Source: Octopus sinensis
Taxonomy: Eukaryota
Length of the DNA: 64,000 bases
Direction of reading: 5' to 3'
Assembly: GCF_006345805.1 (NCBI RefSeq)
Contig: NC_043004.1
Location: forward strand, 85,684,001 to 85,748,000
The notes under the pieces: generated by a model
Database searches by the model: none
Seen by the model: only the letters and a program-made list of their open reading frames with translations
Told to the model about the DNA's origin: nothing
Program-made: the position numbers and the translations under genes
Shown here: positions 11,246-24,910 of the stretch, in pieces
Numbering within the stretch: the stretch's first letter is position 1
How the letters are laid out: each line of letters begins with the position of its first letter

Positions 11246-12296
11246 TGTGTGTGTGTGTGTGTGTATGTGAGTATGTATGTATGTATGTATGTTTAATTAT
11301 TGATATTATTTATAAAATTTTCATATGGCATGTAGGTGAAACATTTAAGGTGAAACACCATGAACCAAATCATCTACAGATCCAGAAACAAAACAGCGCA
11401 TAAAATAATACCGAGAAACGCTCTTTTTTCCTTTTTTTTTCTTTCCAATAACTGCTTCACTCAATTCACCTCACTTCCTGGAACCTAGTAGGCAACTATG
11501 TGGTTGCTATATCTATAAGAAATAGCAAATAGATTTTCCTCAAATAATATCCGAATATCTTACGAAAAGGAAGGAAACGCCGAGGTATTATATGGTTTCT
11601 AATCTGACGGAATGAATGCTCATGATAACACACCTACTCACTCTACTAAACAACAACAATAATAAAAACGGCCATCAATGCCAAACTCTTTGGAAAAGTC
11701 ATTAACCTCTTCTCGTATCTGATTAAATACAAGTAAGTTAAACCTATTGAAAAGAATCAAGAATTATTCCTTTTCCAAAATCCAGTACATCTTTCCTTTC
11801 TAACCATGGTGATATCACTTAGAATTACGTGTGATAATTTTAGTGGACATTGTAACGAATTGTAGAAATATTTACAAAGCTCTGTAATAAGAAATGTACT
11901 CTACCAATTGAAGTTACTATCGTTTAAGCTCGCTGCATGACGTTAACCTTTAGAATTCCAGTGATAAACTGTGTAATTCAAATCGAAACATTTCTCTAAA
12001 AACCGGCAGTGCTAGTATTATCTAAATTTCCAAAGACATTATACCACAATATATATTATGCAGCTGTGAGAATTGCATTTATTTCTCTTTTCACTATACT
12101 TTCACATAACTACATGTGTTGGCAAGTGTGGTACATTCGGTGAGATTTAAAGAGGTGCATCTATTGAAACCATTGACCAAATATCTTCAATTGCGAGATG
12201 CATAAACCAGAAAATGCTTATATATGTGGATGTGGGTGTGTGTGTGTGTACATATATATAAATATAATATATATATAAATATATATATATATAAAT

Positions 12297-12331
<35 letters not shown>

Positions 12332-12638
12332 ATATATTATATATACGTTCAACAAGATTTAGATTCGAATGAATATGGTACTTAAGTTAGATGCACCAGA
12401 ATTTTGCACGGTTTTATCCACATAAATCCCTGGGGTGATTATAATCAAAATAAGCAACAAGAATATATTCGGTAATTTGGTACGATTGTTTCACGCTACA
12501 TCATTTTATTAAACATTCTAAGTATTACAACAGTTTTAAAATGTTGAGCAATGTTTATAGAAGTTTTCCATCAATACATATAATTATTTTCATGTTAATT
12601 AATAACCTTATAAAGAGTGTAGATATATAGACAGAGAT

Positions 12639-12676
<38 letters not shown>

Positions 12677-13129
12677 GTATATTTGTATGTATGTATGTAT
12701 GTATGTATAAGTCATTCGTCGACAGTAGGAGTTGGTGATTAGCTAGAATATTCTGGAAGTGGAATTCGCAAATGTGAGAAAATCAGTCTAGTAAGAAAGT
12801 ATTTACAGAAGATTATGTCCCCTTCATATATTCCTTGCCATCATACCCCCCATTGCTTTTTGGGAATAATAATGACGAAATGTCTTCTTGTTCCTTGATC
12901 AGTTTAAAATTGGTCCCTAATAGAGGCGAGTACGTATATACAAAACAAGGTGCCAGTTCATGTTTCGTCTGTATACTAGAAATTGCAGTGAAATTTATTT
13001 AAATTTACTGATAGAAGCCATTATTACAAATGTGACAGTTATACCGCTAATTGTCAAACCTACCTAATATAGTTTCACCCGGTTTTATGCTGTGTCTACT
13101 TTCAGTGTTAAACTCTAGAGACTATATTA

Positions 13130-14460
13130 TAACGCATCATGTCGTTGAGTACTGAAATACGTGAAAATATTACAAATTCATATCTGACCGCATAATTGTA
13201 GTAACCCTCAAACCACATTCTTTGCGAATACTGCCCATTTAAGACAAGTGATGAGAAACTTGCAGACGACGTCTACTGCGATCTGAAGGGAGCAAAGGAA
13301 CGTGTCCCTTCCCACAACGTCCTTTTTACAGCAGGTGATTTTAATGGCCAAATAGGGAGGGATGATGCTCTGTTCACCTATAACAAGGAGACTAACCGGA
13401 ACGGGTAAAACTGATTGATTTTCTTCACAAGTTTCTACTTCAGATTGCAAACAATAAAGTTCCTGAAATACCCAAAGCGGTTGTGGATATTCCAGCGCCC
13501 ATCTGAATCTTATTCACAAATTCACTACAAGAAACAAGTAGAACAGTGTCCGAAATGCACAGGCATAGTCCTCCTGCGCATCTATTGGCTCTGACCATAG
13601 AGCTGTTTCCATATGCACTGTTCTCAGTCTTAGATCATCAAAACCACCAGTCCCAAACCCCATGAAATAAGTGGACTGGTCCACGATATCATCAGATAAA
13701 GACTTAGTACACTCATTTGCAGTAGACTTTAAAAACCGTCAGAGCACACTGACGACGTTGAAACACAATATAATAACCTCGTAACAGCCACAGGCGAAAT
13801 TGCCCTTTCAAAATTAGCAAAGTAGCAAAGAAATACGCACAGATCATTTCATGCAGATATCCGTGTGAGAGAAGCAAGAAAGCATCTAGGAAGATCGAAA
13901 TTTAAAAATGAACAGAGGCCTAATAAAAATAAATTCAAAGATGCTTTTAAAAATTAAGGGACACTATACGAGGTATATGCCAATATAAAAACGGATTACA
14001 TTCTCGCTGAGATTGACAAAATTGCATATTTGCATACTGCAAAGGAATATGCTGTTGTATGGAAAACAATAAACACTAACTGGAAAAATATTTAAGCACT
14101 CCATCAGTCTTAAAATTGGTTCCTCTGAGAAGGGCAAAGCCATCTGGTTTGACCGCTTTCAGAAACTTCTTGCAGAACCACCACCAACTAGCGGTCGTCC
14201 ACTTCCTCTACGCCAAATATCTAATGTATTAGACATCAACGTGGACCTTTCCACGTTGGATGAGCTTGAAGTTGCTCTCGGTAGTTTTGCTCGCAATAAA
14301 GCACCAGGACTAGATAACATACCAACATTACTGTGGAAAGATACTATATCTCGGGACTCAGGACTGGATATTAGAAATCTGAACAAAGTAATGTAGGACC
14401 GTGTAGTGTGGAAAGGGATCGTCAATGGAGTTCCGATCAACCATAGGTTGGTCGATAGAA
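13130..14460 (+). pseudogene. RTE/RTEX-like LINE remnant: APE domain and extreme C-terminus, RT core deleted near 14350
   Basis: ISDRII, AGDFNGQIG, TNRNG and SDHR endonuclease motifs; NKAPGLDNIP..WK is joined to the terminal D-x-G-L...M-x-DR-x2-W-x3-V motif. Confidence 0.75.
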
Positions 14461-15042
14461 GATGTGTATGGTATTTGTTGTGGAATACGAAATGTAAAGT
14501 GATCGTTAGCATAGAGAAAGGAAACTCGATTGGATGTAATTATTATTACATACTTTTCAAATGTACAACTTTTAGTTCACACAGTGCTTTCCGGAGCACG
14601 CAAACGCATGTAACTCCTCTGCAGGCATAAATTGCTTGTATACCTTAGTTTGTCCTATACTGTATTACCAACCGATTTATCAACCAGTTTTCTTTTGTGG
14701 ATCCTAAAACGTGATTACAAAGTTGTATATAAAAATACTGTGATGTAAATTTGACACATCTATTTACAACATTACTTCCACCAAATTGAAATTTGAATTC
14801 AAACAGCAAACTAAAAGAAATATCTTCACTACACTACAGCTGTCTATCGATCAACGAACATAAAATTTTCCTCTTATTTTCCGTTCCCTTCCTAAACAAC
14901 TACTTTCCCAGTCTACTTATACACCTGGTCATCATTCCAATGACAACACTTACTGATAAAAATCAAACATCTTGCTAGTTTCAAAAAGAAACGTCTTGCT
15001 ATTGTCGATATAAAGCCAAAAAGAAACTAATTAAGGCACTGT

Positions 15043-15076
15043 CTGATGAAGGTGAGTAGACTGAAACAATGAAGTC
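15043..15076 (+). ncRNA. Hammerhead-like core (degenerate; stem I not formed)
   Basis: CTGATGA-aggtgagtagact-GAAAC-aatgaa-GTC. Confidence 0.35.
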
Positions 15077-15269
15077 CTTTTCAAAGTTTTCGTTCAAAAA
15101 TTTTAATATGTATACACGTTTGTGATATGTAAGTGTGAGTATATGAATATATACGAGAGAGAGAGAGTGTGTATGTGTGTGTGTGTGTAAGTGTTTGCCT
15201 GTGCAGATATACGTATTTATATACATGTATATGCGTCCCTATATACGTATATATACATCTTTTTTTTTT

Positions 15270-15662
15270 TACTTGTTTCAGTCATTTGACTGTGGCCATA
15301 CTGGAACACCGCCTTTAGTCGAGCAAATCGACCCCGGGACTTATTCTTTGTAAGCCCAGTACTTATACTATCGGTCTCTTTTTGCCGAACCGCAAAGTGA
15401 CGGGGACGTAAACACACCAGCATCGGTTGTCAAGCAATGTTGGGGGGACAAACACAGATACACAAACATACACATACATATATATATATACATATATACG
15501 ACAGGCTTCTTTTAGTTTCCGTCTACCAAATCCACTCACAAGGCATTGGTCGGCCCGAGGCTATAGCAGAAGACACTTGCCCAAGATGCCACGCAGTGGG
15601 ACTGAACCCGGAACCATGTGGTTGGTTAGCAAGCTACTTACCACACAGCCACTCCTGCGCCT
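15270..15662 (-). mobile_element. tRNA-derived SINE family B (CORE-like), full length
   Basis: Head gcgcaggagtggctgtgtggtaag..ggttcagtccc; core-like 'ttgggcaagtgtcttct'; internal AT/GT microsatellite; tail 'ggcggtgttccagtatggccacagtcaaatgactgaaac'. Confidence 0.85.
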
Positions 15663-15879
15663 ATATATAAATATATGTATATATATATAAATATATGTAT
15701 ATATACATATATATATATAAACATAGATACAATTATACATACATACGTACATACATATTTGTATGATTATATTTCTGGTAAGTTAAAACTGTTTCATAGT
15801 GAATCTGTTGACATAGCTTCTTAATAATAATGTAAAATTAATAATAAAAAACTGTCTCAAGTCTCAATTCTCAAGTACT

Positions 15880-15967
15880 GTGTGCACATTTTTTACGACA
15901 GATGCATATAAATATATATATATATATATATAATATATATATTATATATATACATACATACACACAC

Positions 15968-16011
<44 letters not shown>

Positions 16012-16465
16012 TACGTGTAGAGCTATTTTTAAGTGTATAGATATACACCACATACACATATCTATCTATCAATCTATCTCTGTACGCGTACATATATATA
16101 TATATATGTATGTATGTGTGTGTGTGTTGTGTGTGTATGTATATATATATATATATATAAGTGTGTTATGCGTGAGTGTGTGCGTGCGTGCGTACGTGCG
16201 TGCGTGCGTACGTGCGTGCGTGCGTACGTGCGTGCGTAGGAGAGGTTAGGCTTGTACGCATGCCTGTATCCAACGACATAAACTATACATGACTTTCTTT
16301 TAAAATATCATATATCTATTGCTTGAGGCTAATACATGTTTTGTTAAATGTAACAATGTTCCCACTCACTTGTCAAAATTTATTATTATTTGATGTTTCC
16401 AACCAATTATTCTGATATATGTTCGTGTCTATATACGTGTTTGTGAGTGTATATACAGATATATT

Positions 16466-16496
<31 letters not shown>

Positions 16497-16866
16497 ATGT
16501 CTGTATATATATATATAATATAATTATATATATATATATATAGTATTGTATATCTGTATATATATATATAGATAATTATATATATATAATATATACTGTA
16601 TATCTGTAGTATATATATATATATAAGTTCTTATGTACTATACATATATGTACATATATACATATACTTATATATATACATATACATATGCATACATAAA
16701 TATATATGTACATATATACATATACATACATATATATATATACATGCATAAATATATATGTACATATATACAAATGCATATATATACATATATATACATA
16801 CATAAATATATATATATAACATACACATATATATGTATATATATATGCTTATATAACTATATATAT

Positions 16867-16908
<42 letters not shown>

Positions 16909-16913
16909 CATAC

Positions 16914-16944
<31 letters not shown>

Positions 16945-16960
16945 CTGTATATCTGTATAT

Positions 16961-17004
<44 letters not shown>

Positions 17005-17830
17005 ATGAATACATGCATGTTTGAATGAATGTATGTGCTTATGAATGTGCGGGCTTTTATTGTGCTCGTGCGTGTGTATATTGGTATTTATAAATGTATC
17101 TATGTATTTGTGCATGCCATTATATGAGCTTAAATCTTTGTTTATGCATATATGCATTTACATATGTATGCCATTATTCAATTTATTTCAAGATTTCTTG
17201 CCAATAGTGTATTTGTGTGTGTACGTTTGTATGTATGTATGTATGTATGTATGTATGTATTATGTATGTATGTATGTATGTATGTATGTATGTATGTATG
17301 TATGTACGTACGTACGTACGTATGTATGTATGTATGTATGTATGTATGTATGTATGTATGTATGTATGTATATGTTATGTATGTATGTATGTATGTATGT
17401 ATGTATGTATGTATGTAGTATGTATGTACGTATGATGTATGTATGTATGTATGTATGTATGTATGTAGTATGTATGTATGTATGTATGTATGCATGTACG
17501 TATGTACGTATGTACCGAATTGTGTGTTTTATGTATGAATTCTCATGCATATACTTGCATATCTAGACATGCTCATATGTATTTAAATGCTATACCTCTG
17601 AAAAGTTTTACATATTTTTACAATTCCAGTGATGGATTTGATCTGTAGTCTTCGAATTAGCTTTCTCTGTTTTGGTTTTGAGAAGCCTAGTGTGTATGTA
17701 TGTATGCATGTATGTATGTATGTATGTATGTATGTATGTATGTATGTATGTATGTATGTATGTATGTATGTATGTATGTATGTATGTATGTATATAAGTG
17801 TCTGTATGTATGTAAGTATGTACGAGCAGA
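15880..17830. repeat. Compound microsatellite region: (AT)n, (GT)n, (GCGT)n, (TATG)n
   Basis: Directly visible; accounts for the many poly-YI and MYVC ORFs. Confidence 0.95.
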
Positions 17831-18039
17831 CATTTTACTTTGTTCATATGGGATTTAATACTATTTATAAAAACATTCCTTCCGATTTTCCGTTCTCATG
17901 CAATCGTGGTCAAATCTACCTGTGGCAAATTTCTGCTTTAGTAAAATACGTACTAGTTGGGCACTGGGTTCGATGTACCTGTTTTACCCCTTCCCAAGAA
18001 ATTGCTGGCCTTGTGCCAAAATTTGAAACCAGCCTTGTT

Positions 18040-18430
18040 TTGTAACAATGTGGCGAGCAGCTGGCGGAATAGTTTGCACGCCAGGCAAAATGCTGAGCGG
18101 CATTTCACCGAGGAGACATTTGCCTTTTATTATTTCAAGAGAGGCAAGCTAGCAGAAACGTTAGCACACCGGGCGAAATGCTTAGCGGTATTTCGTCTGT
18201 CTTTACGTTCTGAATTCAAATTCCGCCGAAGTCGACTTTGCCTTTCATCCTTTCGGGTCGATTAAGTACCAGTTGATGTAATCGACTTAATTTGCTTGTC
18301 CCCTCTATGTTTAGCCCATTGTGGTCAATAAAGAAATAATTATTTCATGGGAAGTAGGTGGGGAGAAATTAAGTAGGAGTGGAGCACTATGGTCGATGTA
18401 ATCATCCTAACTCCTCCCTCCAGATATTGC
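18040..18430 (+). mobile_element. SINE family A copies
   Basis: Same head and core as 288-665. Confidence 0.8.
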
Positions 18431-18451
18431 TGGCTTTGTACCAAAATTATG

Positions 18452-18648
18452 TGGAGTAAGGAATTTTGCCAACGTAATATGGCAGTCCTGGTTAAGGACG
18501 AATCTTGCTGTATTTTAGCCCAGGAGACATCGTCTCCAGCTGGCTAGACATCTATCTTCGAACAAGGGATGTCTCCTCGCACTAAATTACAGCAACATTC
18601 GTCCTAAACCAGAGCAGCTAAGTTACATTGGCAAAAGTCTTTACTCCA
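18452..18648. mobile_element. MITE-like hairpin element (~80-bp imperfect inverted arms)
   Basis: tggagtaagg...ggagacatc pairs with gatgtctcct...ttactcca across a ~37-bp spacer; no TSD seen. Confidence 0.65.
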
Positions 18649-18719
18649 AGGTGCTGTTGCTGAATATCTCTCTTTGTGATATTTAAAAATTGTAATTTTC
18701 CAATATTATATGGTAGAGC

Positions 18720-18940
18720 AAGGCATCGAGCTGGCAGAATATATTAGCACACCGCACTAAATGCTTAGGGACATTTTGTTTTTCTTTACGTCCTGAGTTC
18801 AATCTCTGCCGGGATCAACTTTACACATATCTCGCAGGGTCGATAAAATAAACATCAGTTGAGAAGTGCGGTGGGTATAACTGACAAACCTTCTTCTCCG
18901 AACTAGCTGACTTGTGCCAGAATATGAAAACAATATTATA
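18720..18940 (+). mobile_element. SINE family A, diverged
   Basis: gagctggcagaat..ttagcac..ctgagttcaa..gggtcgataaa. Confidence 0.7.
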
Positions 18941-19318
18941 TGTAAGAGATAAACAATGACGAGTGTCTCCGAAATGAAAAAATACAAGTCTATATGTAGG
19001 ATTATAGTTTGTTTCAACTTTTCCGTGTCATACAATCGTTTTAATATTCATCTCACATATACGTAAGCGTCTACAGCTGGAAGCGAAATGTGAATTGTCT
19101 GAGACGACTGTTGTACAACAAGTATCATATATTATATTTTCAATCATGTTAACACCCAAATACTCGTAAACAGTTTCCTTGGAATATTATTTAGACAGAG
19201 ATTAATGTCAAACTACCATATACGAGTAAAGACAAGCTATGTGTGTGTGTGTGCCTATGTATGCATGTGTGCGCACATATACACTCGCACATACACTCAC
19301 AAACGTATATATATATAT

Positions 19319-19373
<55 letters not shown>

Positions 19374-19408
19374 ATTTGAAATATACCACAAACAACAGTT
19401 CGCATTTA

Positions 19409-20274
19409 CTAGGTTTGATCAATATGTATCCGGTCTGTTGCTATTGTAACGAAGCTAAAGCATGCAGAGTAAAGCCACTTGGCTAAGATTGACCACGTAT
19501 TCTGATGTGCATGTGTACAAAGTTTTCAAGGTCTAGCTAACTTCCGTTGTTTACAGCACCGCTTGGAATGAACGTGTGAAGTGTTGAGCGTGTGGTCGTA
19601 GCATTGACCATGAAAGAAAGTTGTCACGGTGATACCCGCTCAGAGGCTTGCGAAAAGGTGAAAAAAGTGTATGGAGAGGAGTGTATGAGCAGCACACAAT
19701 TATACGAGTTGTTCAAACGTTTCTAAAATGGCCGAAAGTATGTCAATATCGACGAACGTTCTAGGAGACGCGCAATCAGCAGAACTGAGGAAAAACATCG
19801 CAGATGTGCGTGCAGCTTTGATGAGAAATCGTCGAATCATTGTCCGAGAGTTATCAGACGATTTGCAGGTTACTTACGTTTCAATTCAATCCATAATCAC
19901 TGAGGATTTGGGTATGAGACGCGTGCCTGCCAAGTTTAGACCAAAACTACTTTCAGCTGAGCTCGGGTTTCAGTTGCACAAGATCTCCTTGATTGAGTCG
20001 AGAACGATGAAAACTTTTTGAAAACTTCGTCAAGGCCTCTGAGCAGGTATCGCTAAGCTTTTGGCAAAATTTGATGCAGATTCTCTACTCAACTTTCTCT
20101 ATCATGATGGATGCGACGATCACACGCTACATACCTTCCTTCAAAACTAAAACGTTACATCTTAGTTCGCATGCACAGCAGAGTTTAAGGTCAAAATGTG
20201 CCAAGCGACTTCACACTGCGTTCTTCAGCTTCATTATTATGGCAACAGTCCGGATTCTTATTGATCCGACCACG
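19409..20274 (+). mobile_element. Mariner-type DNA transposon, internally deleted (HTH region kept, DDD domain lost)
   Basis: ~30-bp TIRs (ctaggtttgatcaatatgtatccggtctgttgc / gcaacagtccggattcttattgatccgaccacg) flanked by TA; translation KVYGEECMS..., IITEDLGMRRVPAKFRPKLL (WVPKxL-like). Confidence 0.85.
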
Positions 20275-20277
20275 TAC

Positions 20278-20309
<32 letters not shown>

Positions 20310-20438
20310 AGGTGGGTGGATGCGAGTATGTGTTTGTGAGTGCGTATGTGTTTATGCATACGTACACATCTACATATAGACATACGTACATATATACATA
20401 TATTCACATATAATACATATATATAATATACATATATG

Positions 20439-20502
<64 letters not shown>

Positions 20503-20519
20503 ATGTGCATTAATCTATA

Positions 20520-20735
20520 TGTATGCCATCCTGTTTGTGTTTAACACCCGCCATCGCTTGACAATCGGTATTGATTTGTTTACGTCTGTCTATATTTGCT
20601 GTTCGATGAAGATACTGATAAAATAATTACCAGTCTTTCCAAATACGTTCTTGGCTCGATTTGTCGCACCAAAACCATTCCAGGCAGTACTCCAGCATTG
20701 CCACAATCCAATGACTGGGGCATATAAAAGATAAA
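20520..20735 (+). mobile_element. SINE family B 3' half, diverged
   Basis: catcgcttgacaatcgg...aggcagtactccagcattgccacaatccaatgactg. Confidence 0.7.
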
Positions 20736-21477
20736 AGATATTGCTGTATATGTATGGGTGTGAGGGTGTCTGTGTATGTGCGTGTGTTCAATGATAAGTC
20801 AAGATGTTATGAGAGGTGGATACAGATTTATTATTTCCTTGTGATTTCCAAATGTTTACAGCCGTTTCGTAATCATTTCCATGCAGTATTGATAATTTTA
20901 ACAATCCAAATTATATATATGCATTTAACATCAATATGCATATTAAGCATTATAAAATTAGAGATGTATAATAGAGAACGCTATCTCATGAATTAACATA
21001 CACTGGGACATCATGGATACATCAAAGATATCAGCTGGTATGTGCATTCCCTTGCTCTTGTAAGCTTTCGCCTATCTTCTGTTTATGTACTGGAAATAGC
21101 AGCGAACTTCCCTCAATCATACACAAAGTAATTGTACAAATTAAATTTTATTTTAAAGCAAACCATACGACATATCTCTTTTTCATTCATATTTCATTCA
21201 TATTTCTTTTCGAAAATTTCTACAGACTTTAGTGTTAAACGCCGAAAATGCTGTACGTGTGAGAGCCGTATATATTGAAAGTAAAAGGTTCCATTCATTT
21301 TAACGGTTTAGCCTTTGTTTGTGTAACTGGTAATATTTTCCTTTTCTGTCCTTTTTGAATATTTATATATAAATACATAGATAACACATTTTGTGCATAA
21401 AACTACTGCACATGCATGGAGTCTCACATATATGACAGCAGCCTTGCATATGACACACACGCATACACACATATATA

Positions 21478-21915
21478 CGAGGTCTGATCAATAAGTACCA
21501 GAAAGCTGAAGCACGCGGAGTAAAGCTTCCAGGCACAGATTGTCCTCGGTCTCTGCTGTGCATGCGCACTAAGGTTAAACGTTCTTGCTTACTTCTGGTC
21601 TTTACAGTACCGCTTGGAAGGAACGTGTGTAGTGTGTGATCATGGCAGAGAAAGTTGTCATGGCGATGCCTGCTCAAAGGCCTACGCAAAGTTGCAGAAA
21701 GTGTATGGAGAGGTGTGTACGAGTTCAGATGTTTCTAAGATGACCAAAGAATGTTGATATCGACAAAAGTTCTATGAGACATGTAACCAACAGAACTGAG
21801 AAAAACGTTGCAGATGTGACTACAGCTGTGAGGGGAAATCGTCGAATCACCATCTGTGAGTTACTAGACGATGCGCAAATTGTTTACGGTTCAGTTAGGT
21901 ACATGATTGTGGAAC
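21478..21915 (+). mobile_element. Mariner-type element, left portion only; related to 19409-20274
   Basis: TA plus TIR cgaggtctgatcaataagtacc; colinear with the first copy through the HTH region. Confidence 0.8.
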
Positions 21916-22068
21916 GACTTAGATAGATAGATCTACGGCATATAACTATAGGTAGTACATAACTAAATACTGTGTTATTTATCTATGACTAGATGGAATA
22001 CATTTTTGTTGATCCTAATTATAAATTATCAGTAATCTACCTCTCACTCTCTCAATACACACACACAC

Positions 22069-22149
<81 letters not shown>

Positions 22150-22150
<1 letters not shown>

Positions 22151-22325
22151 CATTGGCGATTTTCTTCCTTCGTCTTCCCTTCTATTGAACTTTCCCCTGT
22201 TTCCGAAGAGGAGCGTCTGCTCGAAACGTTAAACCTTCTTTCTTTCCTTTCCTTGGCGTCTGCTAATACATTACATGTAACACGTCCTCACGTTGTTTTT
22301 TGTGTTTGTTCTTCCTGGATTTAAT
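22150..22325 (+). mobile_element. Short Penelope pLTR-like element with minimal HHR (22199-22235)
   Basis: GTTT-CCGAAGA-G-GAGC-GTCT-GCTC-GAAAC-GT-T-AAAC; homologous to 61565-61795; embedded in (AT)n. Confidence 0.7.
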
Positions 22326-22415
22326 ATACATGCATATACATATTATGGATATATATATACACATACATATATATGACTGTGTGTGTCCATACGTATGTAT
22401 ATGTATGCATGTATA

Positions 22416-22489
<74 letters not shown>

Positions 22490-22766
22490 AAAAGCTGTCG
22501 TCTATCTGAAAATCCTTGGGGTTAAGAAACAATGCGCAGAGTGTAACAAACGGATTATAAGAATTTGGCGGGGGGGGGTAGGGTTATCTTAATAAAATAA
22601 ATGTGTGAACGAAACAATTCTAGGATCGATTTCTTTTTTTTATTGGCATTGGTCCCTTTCGACCTCTGCTGCACAAAATAATTGATCACTACGACTAAAA
22701 TAGCTAAAACAAACAGAATCACCAGGAGTAGCGGCAACGGTAGTCGGTGAAGCTGAAATTCATTCA

Positions 22767-23699
22767 TCATGATGATGATGATGATGGTGATGGTGATGTT
22801 GATGATGATGATGATAATGATGATGATGATGATGACGACGATGATGATGATGATGATGATGATGACGACGATGGTGATGGTGATGATGATGATGATGATG
22901 ATGGTATGGATGGTGATGATAATGATTGTGGTGGTGGTCTGGTGATGATGATGATGACGATGATGATGATGATGCTGATGGTGTTGTTGGTGGTGATGAT
23001 GATGATGATAATGGTGATCATCATCATCGTCATCATCAGCCTATGTCAAGTTTATCACCACTGTATACACATAGTCATCATCCTCAGCTTAATCATGTCG
23101 TTGCCGGCCACATCATTAACATTATCCTAACCAATGTTGTTATCATCGATACCAACATCCACCTCCTCCTCCTCATCATCATCATCATTACTATTATTAT
23201 CATCAATATCAGCATCGTTGTCGTATCTCCACCGTCACCATTAATGTTATCAACAACACCAAATCTTAACGTGAACACTATTGTGGGTATCACATTCATC
23301 ATCATTGTTCATTGTTCATCTTCATCATCATAATCCACACCATCATCACCACCACAATCATCATCATCCGCTTCCCAACATTGATTAAGGCGGTGAGCTA
23401 GCAGAATGGTTAGCACGCCGGGCGAAATGCTTAGTGGTATTTCGTGTGTCTTTACGTTCTGTGTTCAAATTCCGCTAAGGTCGACTTTGCCTTTCATCCT
23501 TTCGGAGAGTCGATAAATTAAGTACCAGTTACGTATTGAGGTCGATCTAATCGACTGGCCCTCTCCACCTTGTCTCTAGAGTAAGAAAGAATCATGATGA
23601 TGGATGTTGATGATCATCATAATGATGATTGTAATGATGATGATGATGATAATGATGATGATGATGATGATGGTAATGATGATGATGATGATGATGATA

Positions 23700-23744
<45 letters not shown>

Positions 23745-24396
23745 TCGACGGGATGATAACGACGTCCACGAAGACGACGACGATGATGATGACGATGACC
23801 ATGATTGTAATGATGAGGAGCAGGAGGAGGAGCAGAGGCGCAAATGACGACGATGTTGATGACAATTATGTTGATGATGCTGAGAAAGAAATGAACCAGG
23901 TAGTACTATTAGTAACTCTATTTCTTTTAAAACATCGTAAATTATATGCAAAAATTTTGGTGGGAATGGTGGAAGAGCAGAAGAGAGGGAGGGAAAGAAA
24001 GGGAAAACATTAACAAATGAAACAACCACGACACACCATTGTATGAGTGGTAAGAAGGTGCCTGTGCATCTCTGTGTGCATTTATATGTAGGTCGTTATA
24101 TGTGTGTTTGTGTTTGTGTGTGTGTGTGTGTGTGTATGTGTTTCTGTAGCTGTGTGAGTGCGTATGTGTGTGTGCGTGTGTTTGTTCAGGAATATTTGTC
24201 TCTTGATAATGTTGCATGTTGCAACAGAAACTTGTTCAATTTGCTTTCATATTAGTTTTTCTTTTTTTTACTTTAAAAGCAATTTGAATTTTTCCGCTAA
24301 CGTTATCGTTGTTATTATATTATTATTATTATTATCATATCATTGTTATTATTATTATTATTATTATTATATAGTATTATTATTATTATTATTATA

Positions 24397-24448
<52 letters not shown>

Positions 24449-24449
24449 G

Positions 24450-24480
<31 letters not shown>

Positions 24481-24503
24481 TATATCATATTATTATTATA
24501 TAC

Positions 24504-24538
<35 letters not shown>

Positions 24539-24600
24539 TATTATTATTATTACTATTATATTATTATTATTATCACTAGTATTATTATTATTATCATCAC

Positions 24601-24635
<35 letters not shown>

Positions 24636-24910
24636 TATTATTATATTATATTATTATTATCATTATCTTATTATTATTATTTATTATATTATTATCATCA
24701 TCATTTCATTAATCATCATCATCATTTGCTTTTATTGTTGTTGTTATCATCATCATCCTCATTATCACCCTCGTCATCATCATCATAATAATGATCATCA
24801 TCATTATTTTTATCACTACCACCACTACTACTATTACTAATTCTACTACTAATACTAATACTACTGCTACTGCTACTACTACTACTGCTGCTACTGCCTT
24901 TACTACTACT
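22767..24910. repeat. Trinucleotide microsatellite cluster: (GAT)n, (CAT)n, (GAT)n, (TAT)n, (CAT)n, (TAC)n
   Basis: Directly visible; interrupted by a SINE. Confidence 0.95.
23385..23590 (+). mobile_element. SINE family A, near full length, followed by (GAT)n
   Basis: aaggcggtgagctagcagaatggttagcacgccgggcg... plus core. Confidence 0.85.
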
